From positions 744,001 through 808,000 of the forward strand of contig NW_027117351.1 of assembly GCF_038025025.1 (NCBI RefSeq): a stretch of DNA of 64,000 nt, in the 5' to 3' direction. Source of the DNA: Phyllosticta citribraziliensis (lineage: Eukaryota). Of the stretch, positions 12,101-24,998 are shown piece by piece. Within the stretch, counting starts at the first letter, position 1; each line of letters begins with the position of its first letter. Made by a program: the position numbers and the translations under genes. The notes beneath the pieces are model-generated. The model worked only from the letters and a program-made list of their open reading frames with translations. It did not search any database and was not told where the DNA came from.

Positions 12101-15100
12101 TGGCAGTCCCCCTCTTCGCTTTGCCACCTTCATCACTGGCGAATCTGTTTACCTGCTCTTCTGCTGCCATCACGCCATGTACGACGGCTTTGCCATGGAG
12201 CGACTGGTGATGGAAATCGAGCAAATTTATTACCGTGGAGAAATTCTTCCTCCCGCACCACCATATGAGCCGTATCTGGAGCAAATGATCCTTGCCTGCT
12301 CCGGTGAGGCGGATGCATTTTGGGATGACCATCTCCAAGATCTGGAACCAACTTCCTTCCCAGATCTTACCGGGCTCTCTGCTTCTGTCCGCAAAGATAT
12401 CATGAGCCACGGGATCTTAACTTGGGATCTGCCCTTCTCTCTCAGCGCTTTGGACGCAGACTGCCGTCGCCTTTCCTCCTCTTTGCTCGCACTTGGCCAA
12501 GCCGCGTTTGCAAAAATTATCTGCTCTTACACAGGCGAAAATGACGTTTGTTTTGGCAACGTTGTCAGTGGGCGCACCCTGCCAATTGATGGGCTTGAGC
12601 GGCTGATCGCTCCTTGTTTCAACACGCTCCCGATCAGAGTTAACCTTGATATGTTCAAGACGAACAACGCCCTTGTCACATTTCTTCAGTCCTTCAATGC
12701 TGATATGCTTCCCTACCAACTGACACCACTCCGCAAAACTCAAGCGAACAATACTCAGGATGGCTCGCGTCTGTTTGACACGCTGTTTATCCTCCAGCAA
12801 TCGGCGTACTACTTGAACGGCGATATTTGGGAGCTCCAGGAGGATATTGGAGAGATGGATTTCTCTCTCGTCTGTGAGCTCGTTCCAAACCGGAAAAAGG
12901 ATAAACTCGCCTTGATCCTTCACTACCACGAGGCCTTCATTTCCAAGTCTGACATTTCCTGTGTGGCCGAAACTTTTGCATCTGCACTCAAATCATGCTT
13001 ACAGTACCCATCGGCACAATCCAGAGATATTGGTGTTCCCAGTCGTCTTCTGTCCTTGAGAAACCTCGATTTTGAGATTTTGGAGCCTCCCGCTGGACTT
13101 TATCTGCATTCTGGCTTCGAGAGAAATGCAGTCGTCCGTCCCAATGCTGTAGCGTTGGAGTTCCAGCATTCTGACGGCAACCACGGCATGTGGACTTTCA
13201 ACGAGCTGAACCAAATCTCCAATCAGATTGCCCACGCGCTGCTGATGCATGGAGTTTCCCTTGAGGACTCCGTCCCGATCTGCATCACAAAGTCTCCTTT
13301 ATACTACGCCAGTATGTTGGGAGTACTCAAGGCTGGCGCGGCCTTTACTCCGATCGATGACAGTCTTCCCACGTCTCGTAAAGAGTTCATGCTGAAAGAA
13401 CTCGGGGCGAAGATCTTGATTGCTAGCAATGTTGTCGATACCTCGTGGGTTACCGAGGCAAGAATCATTTTCTTCGAGACCTTGAAAGACCTTCCCACGG
13501 ACAACCCATCGGTTTCTGGGCTCAAACCTACCCACCTGGCCTACCGGCTCTACACATCAGGCTCTACCGGGACGCCAAAAGCCGTCAGCGTGGAGCACCG
13601 CAACCCTGTGCAAACCGTTGAGGCATCTCGTTCAATCATCCCTTGGAGTGAAAAGTCTCGGCTTCTGCAATTTGCGGCCATTACTTTTGACATGTGCTAC
13701 TATGATTGCTTCCTGGCCTGGACCTTTGGATTTGCTCTTTGCGCTGCTGAGCAGCCTGCAATGCTTAACAACATTGTCGATATTATTTCATCATTGGAAG
13801 TCTCCCTGGTCGATTTGACACCGAGTGTCGCAATGAGTATTTCCCCGGAATTTGTGCCCAGCCTCCAGTACATGTACTGCATTGGAGAAGCAATGCCGCA
13901 AGAGCTCGTTGATCGCTGGGAAGGCAAGCTCGTCAACTCTTACGGTCCCACTGAAGCCGCGTTTTGCGTGTCCATTTTCAGAGTCTCGAAAGAAGTCAAG
14001 TCGGCGGTGATCGGCACACCCTTCCCAACAACGAGCTTCCTTGTTCGATCCAGAGACGGCTCGTTCACAGTGCCTTTGTTAGGCGTCGGTGAGCTGTACC
14101 TTGGTGGTTCTCAAGTGGCACGCGAATACCATGCCAATTTGGAAAAGACAAGGGCCAGCTTCGTTGTTTACAATGGGCGGCGTCTTTATAAGACTGGTGA
14201 CCTCGTCCGCATTCTCGGCAACGGCACCTTCGAGTTTATTGGTCGTGTGGATGATCAAGTCAAGATCCGTGGTCTCCGCGTCGAACTCGGAGAGATCAGT
14301 CACGTAGTCAGGCAAGCTCATCCTTCCTTGAGGGCTGTCCACACGCAGGTCCTCCGCGCCTCAGAACAGTCCAAGGAGCAAATCATGGCATTTTTGGCTG
14401 TCGGCAGAGAGCTTGGGGACCTAGATGCGCATGAGCTTGTTGCAAAGGCGAAGGAGGTGGCCAAGATCAAACTCCCTGCGTACATGGTGCCAAACTTCTT
14501 TATCCCGGCGGAAAAGATCCCTCTCTCTGCGGCCGGAAAAGTTGACAAGAGGGCTCTTCAGGGTTTGTTCCAGAAGTGGGAAAGCACCAACCAAAACTCG
14601 GCCCAGGAAGACGACCGCGAATGGACGGCTGATGAACTCGAAGTCCGGGCTGCGTTTTCCAAGCTGTCAAATGCTCCCGTCACAAATATCAGCCTGCACA
14701 CTACAATCTACCAACTCGGACTTGACAGCATTAGCGCTGTGCAGATCGCTGCGGTCCTGAGAAAGAAGGGCTTCAAGGTCACGGCTGCCGATGTCCTGGA
14801 GCGTCCTACTTGTGAGGACCTTGCAAGCCTCCTTCGGCTCGTGCAAACGAACGGCGACATTTCCGAGCCAAGTTTCGACTTCAAGGCCTTTGACGAGACG
14901 CATCGCAGCTCCATCTGTCAAGAGCTTGGTATTCCCAGCGACCAGGTTGTCTCTGTCAAGCCCTGCACTCCCCTTCAAAGCGGCATGGTCTCAAAATTCT
15001 TGCAGTCCAAGGGCAAGATGTACTTCAATTACATGGAGTATCAGTTCCCAAACATGGACGCTGTCACTCTAGAGCAGGCCTGGCAAAAGCTCTTGAAGAA

Positions 15101-18100
15101 GCACGAAATTTTGAGATCTGGTTTCGTACACATCAACGACTCTCAGCACCCGTTCGCGATGCTCACTTGGGAATGTGCTGCTGCTGGAGTGCCAGTTTCC
15201 AAGACTGAAATCAATGAGAGCTCTTCTCAGAGAGTCGCGGAATGGCGCAAGCAATCTCGGCGCCAGGTCCTGAGTATTTTGCACCAGGGAGCATTCCGTG
15301 TGCTGCTGGTCAACCTTCCGGATGGAGTCTCGATGCATCTTGCTATGCTACACTCCCTCTACGACGCTCAGAGCCTCCGCATTCTCTTGGACGATCTCGA
15401 AAAAATCGCTGCCGGCACTGATCCAACCGCGTCTCCAGTAGAGCCGATTCTGAGCACAATGCTCAGATCCAGCGCTGATGACTCGGCTGAGCGCAAAGAA
15501 TTTTGGGAAGAGAAGTCCAAGGACATTTTCGTGAACCCTTTCCCTATCATGACCCCCTTGAGGGTTAGGGAGGGTGAAACAAAAGTACTCTCCAAGATTT
15601 CAGCGCGAAGACTGGGCCAATTGGAAGCCGGTTGCCGAGAAGCCGGTATTTCAATGCAAGCTGCTGGCCAGGGCGCTTGGGCCCGACTTCTTTGCGCATA
15701 CACTGGTGAAGAAGCAGCAACTTTCGGTGTCGTGTTTTCCGGACGCACACAAGACGACGCGGAAGCAGCTGCCTTTCCATGTATTACCACCGTCCCGCTC
15801 CCTGCGAGAAATCATGCGACCAATCGCGTCCTGCTCACCGACATGATGGAATTTAACTCCGCTGTCCGCAAATACCAATTTACTCCTTTGACAAAGATTC
15901 AGCGCTGGACCGGCCATCCGGACGAAGCCCTATTCGACACCATTTTTGCGTACCAGAAGCTCAGTGATGAAAATACTACCTCGAGGAAGTGGAAGACGGT
16001 TGACGAAGAGGCGACTGTCGATGTCGCAATCTCCATTGAGCTCGAACCGAACAGTTTGGACCAGCTCGAGCTCAGAATCAGCTTCGACACAGATCGATTA
16101 CCGCTCGAACAGGCAAAGACGCTCTTGGAGCAACTCGATAGAATTCTCATTTATATCATCCTACGACCTGATGCTGATATGGACGCGGCCTTTGAGGAAA
16201 CCCCACATCTCTTGTCTATCACTCCGCCAAAAGAACGCGAGATCCACACCGATGTCAAGCTTCTACACGAGTTTGTCGAGAGAAGCGCGCGCCAGATTCC
16301 CGACAAGATCGCCTTTGAGTTTGCCACCAACATTGAAAACGGAAAGGTCACTAGCAATTGTTGGACATACAGCGAGCTCGACGCTGAGGGCAACAAGATT
16401 GCCAATCTCCTCAAGAGCCGAGGAGCCCAGCCCGGTGGTCTCATCGGTGTCTGTTTTGACAAATGCCCTGAGGCATCGATTGGTATCCTCGGAGTCCTCA
16501 AGGCTGGATGTGCTTTCGTTGCTCTTGATCCCGGTGCCCCTGTTGCGCGAAAGACTTTCATCACCGAGGACTCAAACGCCCAAATGGTTGTCTCGATGAG
16601 CTACCAGTCAAAGGACTTCGAGGACCAGCTCAAGGTGCCCCTGATCAATTTGGACGAGGTGGATGTTTCTGAGTACTCTGCCGAGAAACCGCAACTCTCC
16701 AGAAACGTTACTCCTCAAGACCTCAGCTACTGCCTATATACCTCTGGCACCACTGGCACGCCCAAGGGTTGCGAGTTGACGCATGAGAACGCCGTGCAAG
16801 CAATGATGGCCTTTTCTCGCCTTTTTTATCCCCGCTGGGATGAGCAATCAAGGTGGCTTCAGTTCGCTTCCTTCCATTTCGACGTCTCAGTTCTCGAGCA
16901 GTACTGGTCTTGGGCCGAGGGAATCCGCCTGGTTTCTGCGCCAAGAGACTTGATCTTTGAAGACCTTGCTGGTGCTATCAACGCTTTGGAAATCACTCAC
17001 ATCGACTTGACGCCGAGTCTAGCCAGGATTCTTTCGCCAGAAGATGTGCCCTCTCTGACAAGAGGCGTATTTATCACCGGTGGCGAGGCTTTGAAGCAAG
17101 AAATTCTCGACGCATGGGGCAAGCACGAAGTCATCCACAATGGGTATGGCCCCACTGAAGCTACAATTGGCGTTACCATGTTCCCAAGGGTCCCCGAAAA
17201 TGGCAAGCCGTCCAACATCGGCCCTCAATTTGATAACGTCGGGTCCTTCGTGTTCAAGCCCAAGACCAACATCCCTGTGGTCCGTGGTGGTGTGGGTGAG
17301 CTTTGCGTCTCCGGAAAACTAGTGGGCAAGGGTTATCTCAACCGCCCTGAGCTCACGGACGAACGCTTCCCGAACTTACCAGAGTTCAACGAGCGCGTCT
17401 ACCGCACCGGTGACTTGGTCCGCATCCTCCACGACGGGACGTTTGATTTCCTGGGTCGTGCCGACGATCAAGTCAAGCTCCGTGGTCAGCGCCTGGAAAT
17501 TGGCGAAATCAACAGCGTCATCAACCAAAGCGAATCTCAAGTGCTGGATTCGGCCACGCTGGTTCTCAAGCACCCGAAGCAGCAGAAAGACCAGCTGATC
17601 AGCTTTGTCGTCACCAAATCAACATATCAGAAAAGACAGAAGCCGACGGTCGTCTTCAGTGCGAGAGAGGAAATGCAATGTGTGCAGGATGCTTGTCGTT
17701 CCAAGCTGCCGACTTACATGGTACCAACATACTTTATTCCACTCACGTCCATGCCACTTTCGCCCAACAACAAGGCCGATGGCAAGCAGCTCAAGGAGAT
17801 TTACTCGAGCCTCAGTGCGGAGCAACTCCAGAACATTTCAATCTCCGCAGAAGATGGCGGTGCTGCATCTTCTGCTGAGGAGAAGAAAATTGCTGAAGTG
17901 CTTTCTTCCATGGCATCCGTCGCCAGCGATAACATTTCGCGCAGCTCCAGTATTTTCGAGCTTGGCCTTGATTCTATTTCCGTCATTGGCTTCGCCAATG
18001 CACTGCGCAAAGCTGGTTTCAGGAACGCGCAAGCTTCAATCATCATGAAGAATTCTGTCATTAGCCGGCTGGCCAAAGTGTTGTCTTCAACTTCCGTCAA

Positions 18101-21100
18101 CACTTCTGAGCAGAGCTCGATTCTTGCCGCAAAGCAAACCATCTCCGCGTGCCAACATCAGTATAAGTCCTTCGCTGCAAAAGCTCTGGAAGTTGACCAG
18201 CCCGACATCGAAAGCATCGCTCCTTGCTCACCGCTCCAACAAGGCATCATCTCGCGAGTCTTGGAGAGCGAAAAGCCAGTCTACTTTGCCACTTTCAGAT
18301 TCGAACTGGCCGACAATACAGATTTGGCCAGGCTGAAGGCTGCGTGGCAAACGATTTTCGAGGCAGTCCAGATTCTTCGAGCGCGCTTCATCCCGACGGA
18401 TGATGGATACATTCAGGTCGTGCTTTGTGACACACGTCTGCCTTGGGTCCAGTCCGAGTTGCCCAGCCAGGAGCAGTTGGTGTCTTTCCTGGACCATAAT
18501 AAACTCAAGTGGTGGAGTCAGAATCGCGAAACAATGGGCAGGCCGTTCGAATTGGTCGCTGCCGTCGCCCCAGGGAAGACGGTGCTTTCGATCAACATCA
18601 TGCACACTTTGTACGACGGCATCAGTTTGCAACTGCTGCTCCAAAAAGTCCAAGCCGTGTATAATCAAGGAAATTCGGTCGAGGTTGGGCCACGATTTTT
18701 GGATGTGCTGCCCTATGGACCGCTGAGAAGTAACTCTGAGTCCCAAGACTTCTGGAAAGGTCATCTTCAAGGAGCTCAGAGTTCCTTGATGCCTAGCCTC
18801 ATTTCAAAGCCGCAAAACGAAGATGTCAGTGTCAAGCTGAACCTCCGGAGCCTCGATGCCTTCGAAACTGTAAGGCGCAGGCTGGGCGTGACCCATCAGG
18901 CACTCGCACAAGCATCATGGGCCGCCGTTCTCCAGAAATACTTCGCCGGCTCTGTGACCTTTGGCATGCTTGTTTCTGGCCGCTCGATCGATTTTGAAGG
19001 CGCGGAGCTCACGATTGGGCCTTTGTTCAACACTATTCCTTTCCATCTGCGCTTCGATCCGGCCGACAAGTGGGTCAAAATCGTTCGCAAGTGCCACGAT
19101 TTCAACGCATCCTGCCTGCCTTACCAGCATACTCCGCTCAGAGACATCATGAAGTGGACAAAGAGGACTGCAAACCAGCCCCTTTTCGACCCTTTATTCT
19201 CGTTCCAACGCGAAATAGAAGGCGGAGATCCGGATGATAAGTTATGGAAGCTGTTAGAGGATCAGCCAGAGGCAGACTATCCTTTGGCTTTGGAGGTGGA
19301 GCACAAGATCGACGGAGGCTTGGGCCTTACTATCGTGGCTCAGGGCCATTTGATGGATGAAGAAAACGCGAGGGGTCTCCTCAATGAATTCGAAAATTCA
19401 CTACGCGATCTTCTAGCGAACGAGGAGGCTCCCGTGTCGGCGACTGTTGGCGAGATCAAATCCACTGGGTCTCAGAATGGTAACACTGCCAGGGAAAACG
19501 GTCTCAATGGCTTTGCAAATGGCGTGGATGGGTTTGAGTGGACAACAGTGGCGCGCAAAATTCAAGAGCAAATCGCAACGCTTGCCGGCTTGGACGTCCA
19601 GGAGGTTGACGAGCATTCGACAATTTTCGAGCTTGGACTCGACAGCATTGACGCCATCAAGCTGTCTTCTAGGCTAAAGAAGATTGGTGTCAATCTTCCG
19701 GTCAGCCACATTATGCGCAGCCTAACGATCCCCAAGATGGCGCGCGAGGTCCCTGATGTGGCAACAGACAGTACCGATGTGACACCTGGAGTCATCTTGG
19801 TGACAGAAGAAGAGAAGTTACGCGACTACCTCCGTTCGTCTGGCCTTTTGGATCTCGAAAAGGTTGAGCGCATCCTGCCTGTCACTCCGCTGCAAGAAGC
19901 CATGGTCACTGAGATGGTCTCTTCGGACTTCCGCAACTACTTCAATCACGACATCTTGAAAGTCGCGCCTGGATTAGACCTTGAAAAGATGAAGCAGGCT
20001 TGGAATGCCGTATACTGCGATTCTGCAATTTTGCGCACGGTATTCGAGGAGATTGAAGATCCAGACTTCGATATCTCCTTTGCTCAAATTGTCTACAAGC
20101 CACAAAATTTGGCTTTCGAAGAGGTCAGCGTCGCTACCGAGGAGGAAGTCCATCAGTTCCTGGAGCGCATCAGGGAACGTACTGCAAAAAGCAACGGTAG
20201 GGAGGGTCTATTCCACCTGACACTCGTCAGCTCGCCATTAGCGAAGTACCTAGTCCTGTCTCTTGGCCATGCCCTGTACGACGGGTGGTCACTCGGCCTT
20301 CTACATCACGACGTGAAGAGCGCATATGGAGGGAAGCCCGTGGCTCGCCCATCCTACGACAAGATTCTGGAAGACGTTCTCGATGCGTCCGGGGAAAGAG
20401 CAGCTAACTTTTGGAAGGACTTTCTCGATGGCGCTCCAAGCAGCACCATCCTCGGGGACGAGCGTCTCCGAAAGCAGAATTCCGACTCGGAAGTTCATCG
20501 ACTGGAGCGCGGGTGCACAGTGTCTGTCGAAAAGCTCCGTGTTTTCTGCAAGAAGACCGGCATTACTTTGCAGGGTCTTGGTCAGACTGCATGGTCTCTT
20601 GTGCTTGCCGCTTACCTGGGCAGACTGGACCTCGTCTTTGGTGTCGTGCTGTCTGGCCGCGACAGTGAAGAATCTGAAGATGTCATGTTCCCGACTATGA
20701 ACACTGTCGCTGTTCGTTCGATCATCCACGGCACGAGGAGAGAAATGCTGCGGTACATGCAAGAAAACATTGGCAACATGAGACAGTTCCAGCATTTCCC
20801 TCTGCGAAAGGCGAAGGCCATGACCAACACGCATGACAAAAGCCTGTTCGACACGCTCTTCATGTTCCAGACTCGTCGAGACGAAGGCGGTGCCAGTGGC
20901 TCTGAAGCTTTGTACGAGTCTATCGGTGGTGCTTCAAATGTCGAATATCCAGTGGCTATCGAAGTGGAAGCGATCGGTGACACCTTGCTATGGCGCACCG
21001 CTTGCAAGTCGGACGTTTTCGATTTGGCCGGGACTGAAGAGCTGCTCAAGAGGGTTGATGCTGTCATTCGGAGCATCTTGAACGCCCCCGACGAGGCCGC

Positions 21101-22927
21101 GGTCGAATTCGGGGAAGAAGGAGCTTCCGTGTGTGGTCTGCCTCCTTTCAAGCACGCTTCCATCGAGACCGAGCCTGAACAGGACGAGCCGCACGCCAAT
21201 GGGGTACATGATCCTGTTGAATGGTCAAGCCTGGAGCAGGCTGTCCGCGAAGTCCTCTCGCGGGTGTCGAAGATGCCTGAAAACGAAATAACAAGGGACG
21301 CAACGATTTTCCACCTGGGTCTCGACTCCATCAGCGCGATCAAGGTCTCTGCACTCTTGCGGAAGAAGTCGATCAAGCTCAGTGTCAGCGAGATGCTGCG
21401 CGCCGGGACTGTTGCAAAAATGGCCCAAACAATTGAAATTACCCGGTCAAGGGATCCCCTTCTGGCGGCTCCTGCGGCCGAGATCCTTACAAGAGCACTC
21501 AAGGGGATAGATGTGGAGAGGCTACTCACTGAGGCCTCCATTTCGTCTGGAGACGTCGAGCAGGTGTTGCCTACTAGCCCTGGCCAAGCATACATGTTGT
21601 CTGTGTGGCAACAGACTGAGGGGCAGACTCTCTACCCAGGCTTCAAGTACAGGGTCTCTGGGGATGTCCAAGAGGATGTCCTTCGCGATGCTTGGCTTGC
21701 TACGATCGCTGCGAACCCGATACTTCGCACGGCTCTCCTCACCACAGGCGATCAAGAACTCCCCTTCGTTCAAGCTGTGTTGAAGTCTCCTGGGGATTCT
21801 TTCCATCAGTTTGACGATTCTGCTTCTGTGGGAGCGCGCAACAAGCAACCCTTCGTCGACATTTTTGCTCAAAGACAAAACAGTTGCTGGCTTCTCACCC
21901 TCAAAATTCACCACGCTTTGTACGACGGAGTCAGTCTTCCCTTGGTCATGCACCAGTTCGAATCACACTGCAAGAACGCCACTCCCACACCAAAATCGCC
22001 GACAGTATTCCCTGCTTTCCTCGCTCTCGGCGTCGCTCAAGACACCATCGCCAAACGCAAGTCATTCTGGACCTCTTACCTCGCAAAGTCGACGTCGCAG
22101 CGCCTCCTGCAGCCGCAAGCAGCAAAATCGGGCCGCACCAGCGTCTTCAAAGCCAACATTGCGCCGTATCTGCCGACAATCGAGAAGGTCGCCCCCAAGC
22201 ACGGCCTCAACATCCAGACACTCTTCCTCGCTGCCTACGCCCGCATCTACGCACGTCTAGCCAACTCTGCCCCCGCCTCCGACGTCATCATCGGCATCTG
22301 GCTCGCCAGTCGCTCGCTCGCCATCGACGACTTGGCCGATGCAGCTGTCCCTACCGTCAACCTCGTACCTCTGCGCATCTTGGCACCTTTGGAAACATCT
22401 CTCTTCGACACTGCTAAGCGCATCCAAGCCGACCTGGCTGATATAGGGACAGCCGAAAACTCGAGCGTCGCGTTGAGCGAGATCCATCGCTGGACTGGAG
22501 TGCAGGTCGATACATTTGTGAACTTCTTGAAGCTGCCTGAGGGCGAGGAGGGCAGCGATGTTGCCGGCACGGCAGATGTCGGCGCCGGCGAAGACAACAG
22601 CATCAGGGTGCGCGAAGTTGAGTTTCCGGATCATCCAGCAAAGGGCTGGAGTCGTATCGAGAAGTATGAGGATTCCGAGTGGCACGATTTGCCCGAACTG
22701 GCAAACAGTGCTGTCAAAGATTCTTACCTGGTGAGCCTTTCCCCGGATTCCTGGCAAACGATCGCGATGAGCTAATGGTCTTTTGTCAGCATTCAATCGA
22801 CGTGGAAGCTGTAGTCCGTGGGGGCAACCTGCACATGGGCGTCTACTGCGACGCGGGTATGCTCGATGTCGCGGCCGCTGAGCGCATTATTGACGAGATA
22901 GCGGAGGAGCTGAGGCAGGTTTCCTAG
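6102..22927 (+). CDS. NPS2: Ferrichrome/ferricrocin-type intracellular siderophore NRPS, (A-T-C)x4-T-C-T-C
   Basis: 5592-aa ORF with first ATG at 6102. Four A-domain P-loops: YTSGSTGTPKG ~7180, FTSGSTGAPKG ~10320, YTSGSTGTPKA ~13550, YTSGTTGTPKG ~16740. Six T domains (G[LV]DS[LI]) and six C domains (xHxxYD[GA]). Terminal intron 22731-22789 (GTGAGC...GCTAAT...CAG) leads to last exon HSIDVEAVVRGG...RQVS*. A probable in-frame intron lies at 6384-6434. Confidence 0.92.
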
Positions 22928-23169
22928 TTGTTGGGTTTTGTCTTCTTTCTTTTCGGATTTCGACCGTGACGCCGTTACGATTTCGCTTCTTGTATCTTTC
23001 TTACTGCTGCCTGTGTTTTGCTTGCTGCGCGTTTGGCATCTGTCTGGCTTTTGGTATTGACGAATCTCCCTCGGCATTGTTTTTGCGTTATCAGTTGCTC
23101 GCCTCGCTTTTGCGTTTCGGTCTGACTTCAATATAGACACGATGTGTGTCATCTCTGCTCTGGGGTCTT

Positions 23170-23485
23170 GGATTCTGCGTGTACGCCGCTTGTGTGCTAC
23201 CGGCCTTGAATGCTCCTCATGTGTGGTTTGTCGCGTGGACTCGTGAATGCTTCACGTATGCCATCATTGGACCGCTTCAACGCTCCTCATGTGCCTTGTT
23301 GTCCCTTGAACGCTTGAAGGCTCCACTCCACGTGCGCCATCGTTGAAGTTCTTCCAAGGACGTGGAATGCTCCTTGTATGTCTTGTTGTCGCTTGGAGGC
23401 TTGAATGCTCCACGTGCTCCGTCGTTGAAGCTTTTCAAAGCCCAATGGCAGCACAACCTGCTACGTTTGAATGCTTCTCATGGGC
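23170..23485 (-). repeat. Degenerate periodic array of GAATGCTCC cores (AGGAGCATTC on minus), ~33-38 bp spacing
   Basis: Cores at 23208, 23245, 23278, 23316, 23365, 23403 and 23469, e.g. gaatgctcctcatgtg, gaatgcttcacgtatg, caacgctcctcatgtg, gaatgctccttgtatg, gaatgctccacgtg, gaatgcttctcatgg. Confidence 0.75.
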
Positions 23486-23838
23486 CTTCTGCAAAACACA
23501 CGATTACTTCTGTGGCGAGTCACATCGTCAATGGAGATAGGCTGTATGGGTATGATCAAGCATTCAGCTGCTTGAGATATCTCTCCACCCTTGTGGAGGC
23601 AGTTCACGTGCTAATTTAAGTCCCTCCCCAGCATTCGTAAAGTGAAGTCCCCCTCCAAACTCAGTATGTCGCCGATGTGGGCGTTGGCTCGTAGCCCCAT
23701 AGAAGCAAATGAAGGAAAAAAGGAAAAAAGGAAAGAGGAAAAACCGAAAACCCATAGTCCCGCCACCATGCAATGTATGACCACAAGGAGGCTCCGTCCG
23801 CTCACGTGGTCAGTCGTGTTGTTGATGCTGTCTGCATC

Positions 23839-24632
23839 CTACTCGTCGCCATCGGCCTTGACCTTCCTCCTGGATCGATTGACCCTCTTGCCGAGAAAGA
23901 GATTGTCGATGTAAGTCTCTCCGGCCATGACATTGTTGAGCTGCTCCTCGCACTGCCTGGCCCACTTGGCCGAAAGGCCCTGGATTCGGTCCTTGATGCG
24001 GCGCTGGGGGTCGTCATCATCGTCGGGGTGAGGGTCGGCGCGGCCGTCCAAGAGCTCCTTCAGGCGCTTCTCGCAAGCCTTGGCCGAGTGGAACGTGTCG
24101 TTGGAGATGTCGTTGAGCGTGAAGGCCGTGTCCTCGAAGAGGCGGGCGTGGACCTTGGCGAGCTCGCGCTCGTGGCGCAGCTTGTTGATGTTGTGGGCCT
24201 TGATGAGGGCAGCGTCCTGGATGTGTCAGTATTGGAAGCACTCGCATCGTTGAGCTGGAGCTCACTTCATTCATCGTCCAATGCTTCATTTTGAAGTCAA
24301 GGGCGTCGTCATTAGCAGCCATTTTGGCGAGTCGGATGCGTCTGTAACGCGTGCCGATCGTTTTGGCACTGTAGCCGCTGCCTTCCTCTTCCTCCAGGAT
24401 CTTGGCGATCTGGGTGTCGCCGAAGTCGAGACCCTTGTATCTGACAATCTTCTCGTCGAGGCTGTCAAGCTCGCCCGTGATAGGGCGCCTGCTCATCATG
24501 AAGACATCTGGCTTGGGCACCGGCGGAGCGCGGTTGGCAGGTCCCTTGGGCAAGTTAGCTGACAGCTTGGGAGGCTCGGTGTGCGAGTGAGGGTACCTCA
24601 TGAGGCTCAGTTGAGTTGTTGTTCCTGTCCAT
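23839..24632 (-). CDS. Small uncharacterised protein (~230 aa) with HTH-like and Myb/SANT-like segments; 3 exons
   Basis: ATG 24632 (MDRNNNSTEPHE). Intron 24596-24545 (GTACCC...GCTAAC...AAG) and intron 24265-24217 (GTGAGC...CTGAC...CAG) join ORFs 24017..24601 and 23839..24051 in frame. Motifs: DEKIVRYKGLDFGDTQIAKIL...YSAKTIGTRYRRI, HWTMNEDAALIKA, and SAKACEKRLKEL. Confidence 0.75.
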
Positions 24633-24799
24633 GTTTGTCGATGCCAGTCCGATGAGCCCGTGCGTGTGGAGTCCGTGCGTTGTTGGGTTGAGGTCCGTGC
24701 GTTGGAGGTTGATGGAGGAGGGGGGTGGGGGGCGGTTTTGTGCTTGTGGGTGACTCATCCACTCTGGAGGGAAGGTGCCCCTCGCCCACATGTGAACAG

Positions 24800-24876
24800 G
24801 AAAGCGCCGAAAGGGGTACGGGGGAAACGCCGGGAGGGGTCACAGGAAGGCGCCGAAAGGGGTAACGGGGAAGGCC
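24800..24876 (+). repeat. Three ~23-bp imperfect direct repeats (GAARGCGCCGAAAGGGGTAMCGGG)
   Basis: gaaagcgccgaaaggggtacgggg / gaaacgccgggaggggtcacag / gaaggcgccgaaaggggtaacggg / gaaggcc, ~170-240 bp upstream of the 24632 ATG. Confidence 0.7.
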
Positions 24877-24998
24877 TACAGACTGTCAACCTCCTGCCAC
24901 CTCAGTACGGTACTTAGCAGCTCTGGGAGTCCTCCTACAGTCAGTCTCTGCCGAATCAACTTGGGTGTTATCGTTGCCTACGACTTTATTTAGAGACC

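Noticed and set aside
7083..15295. AAGGAGCATTC (7083) and CAGGGAGCATTC (15284) copies of the array core inside the NRPS CDS
   Set aside because: Isolated 11-12-mers within 17 kb of coding sequence are compatible with chance.
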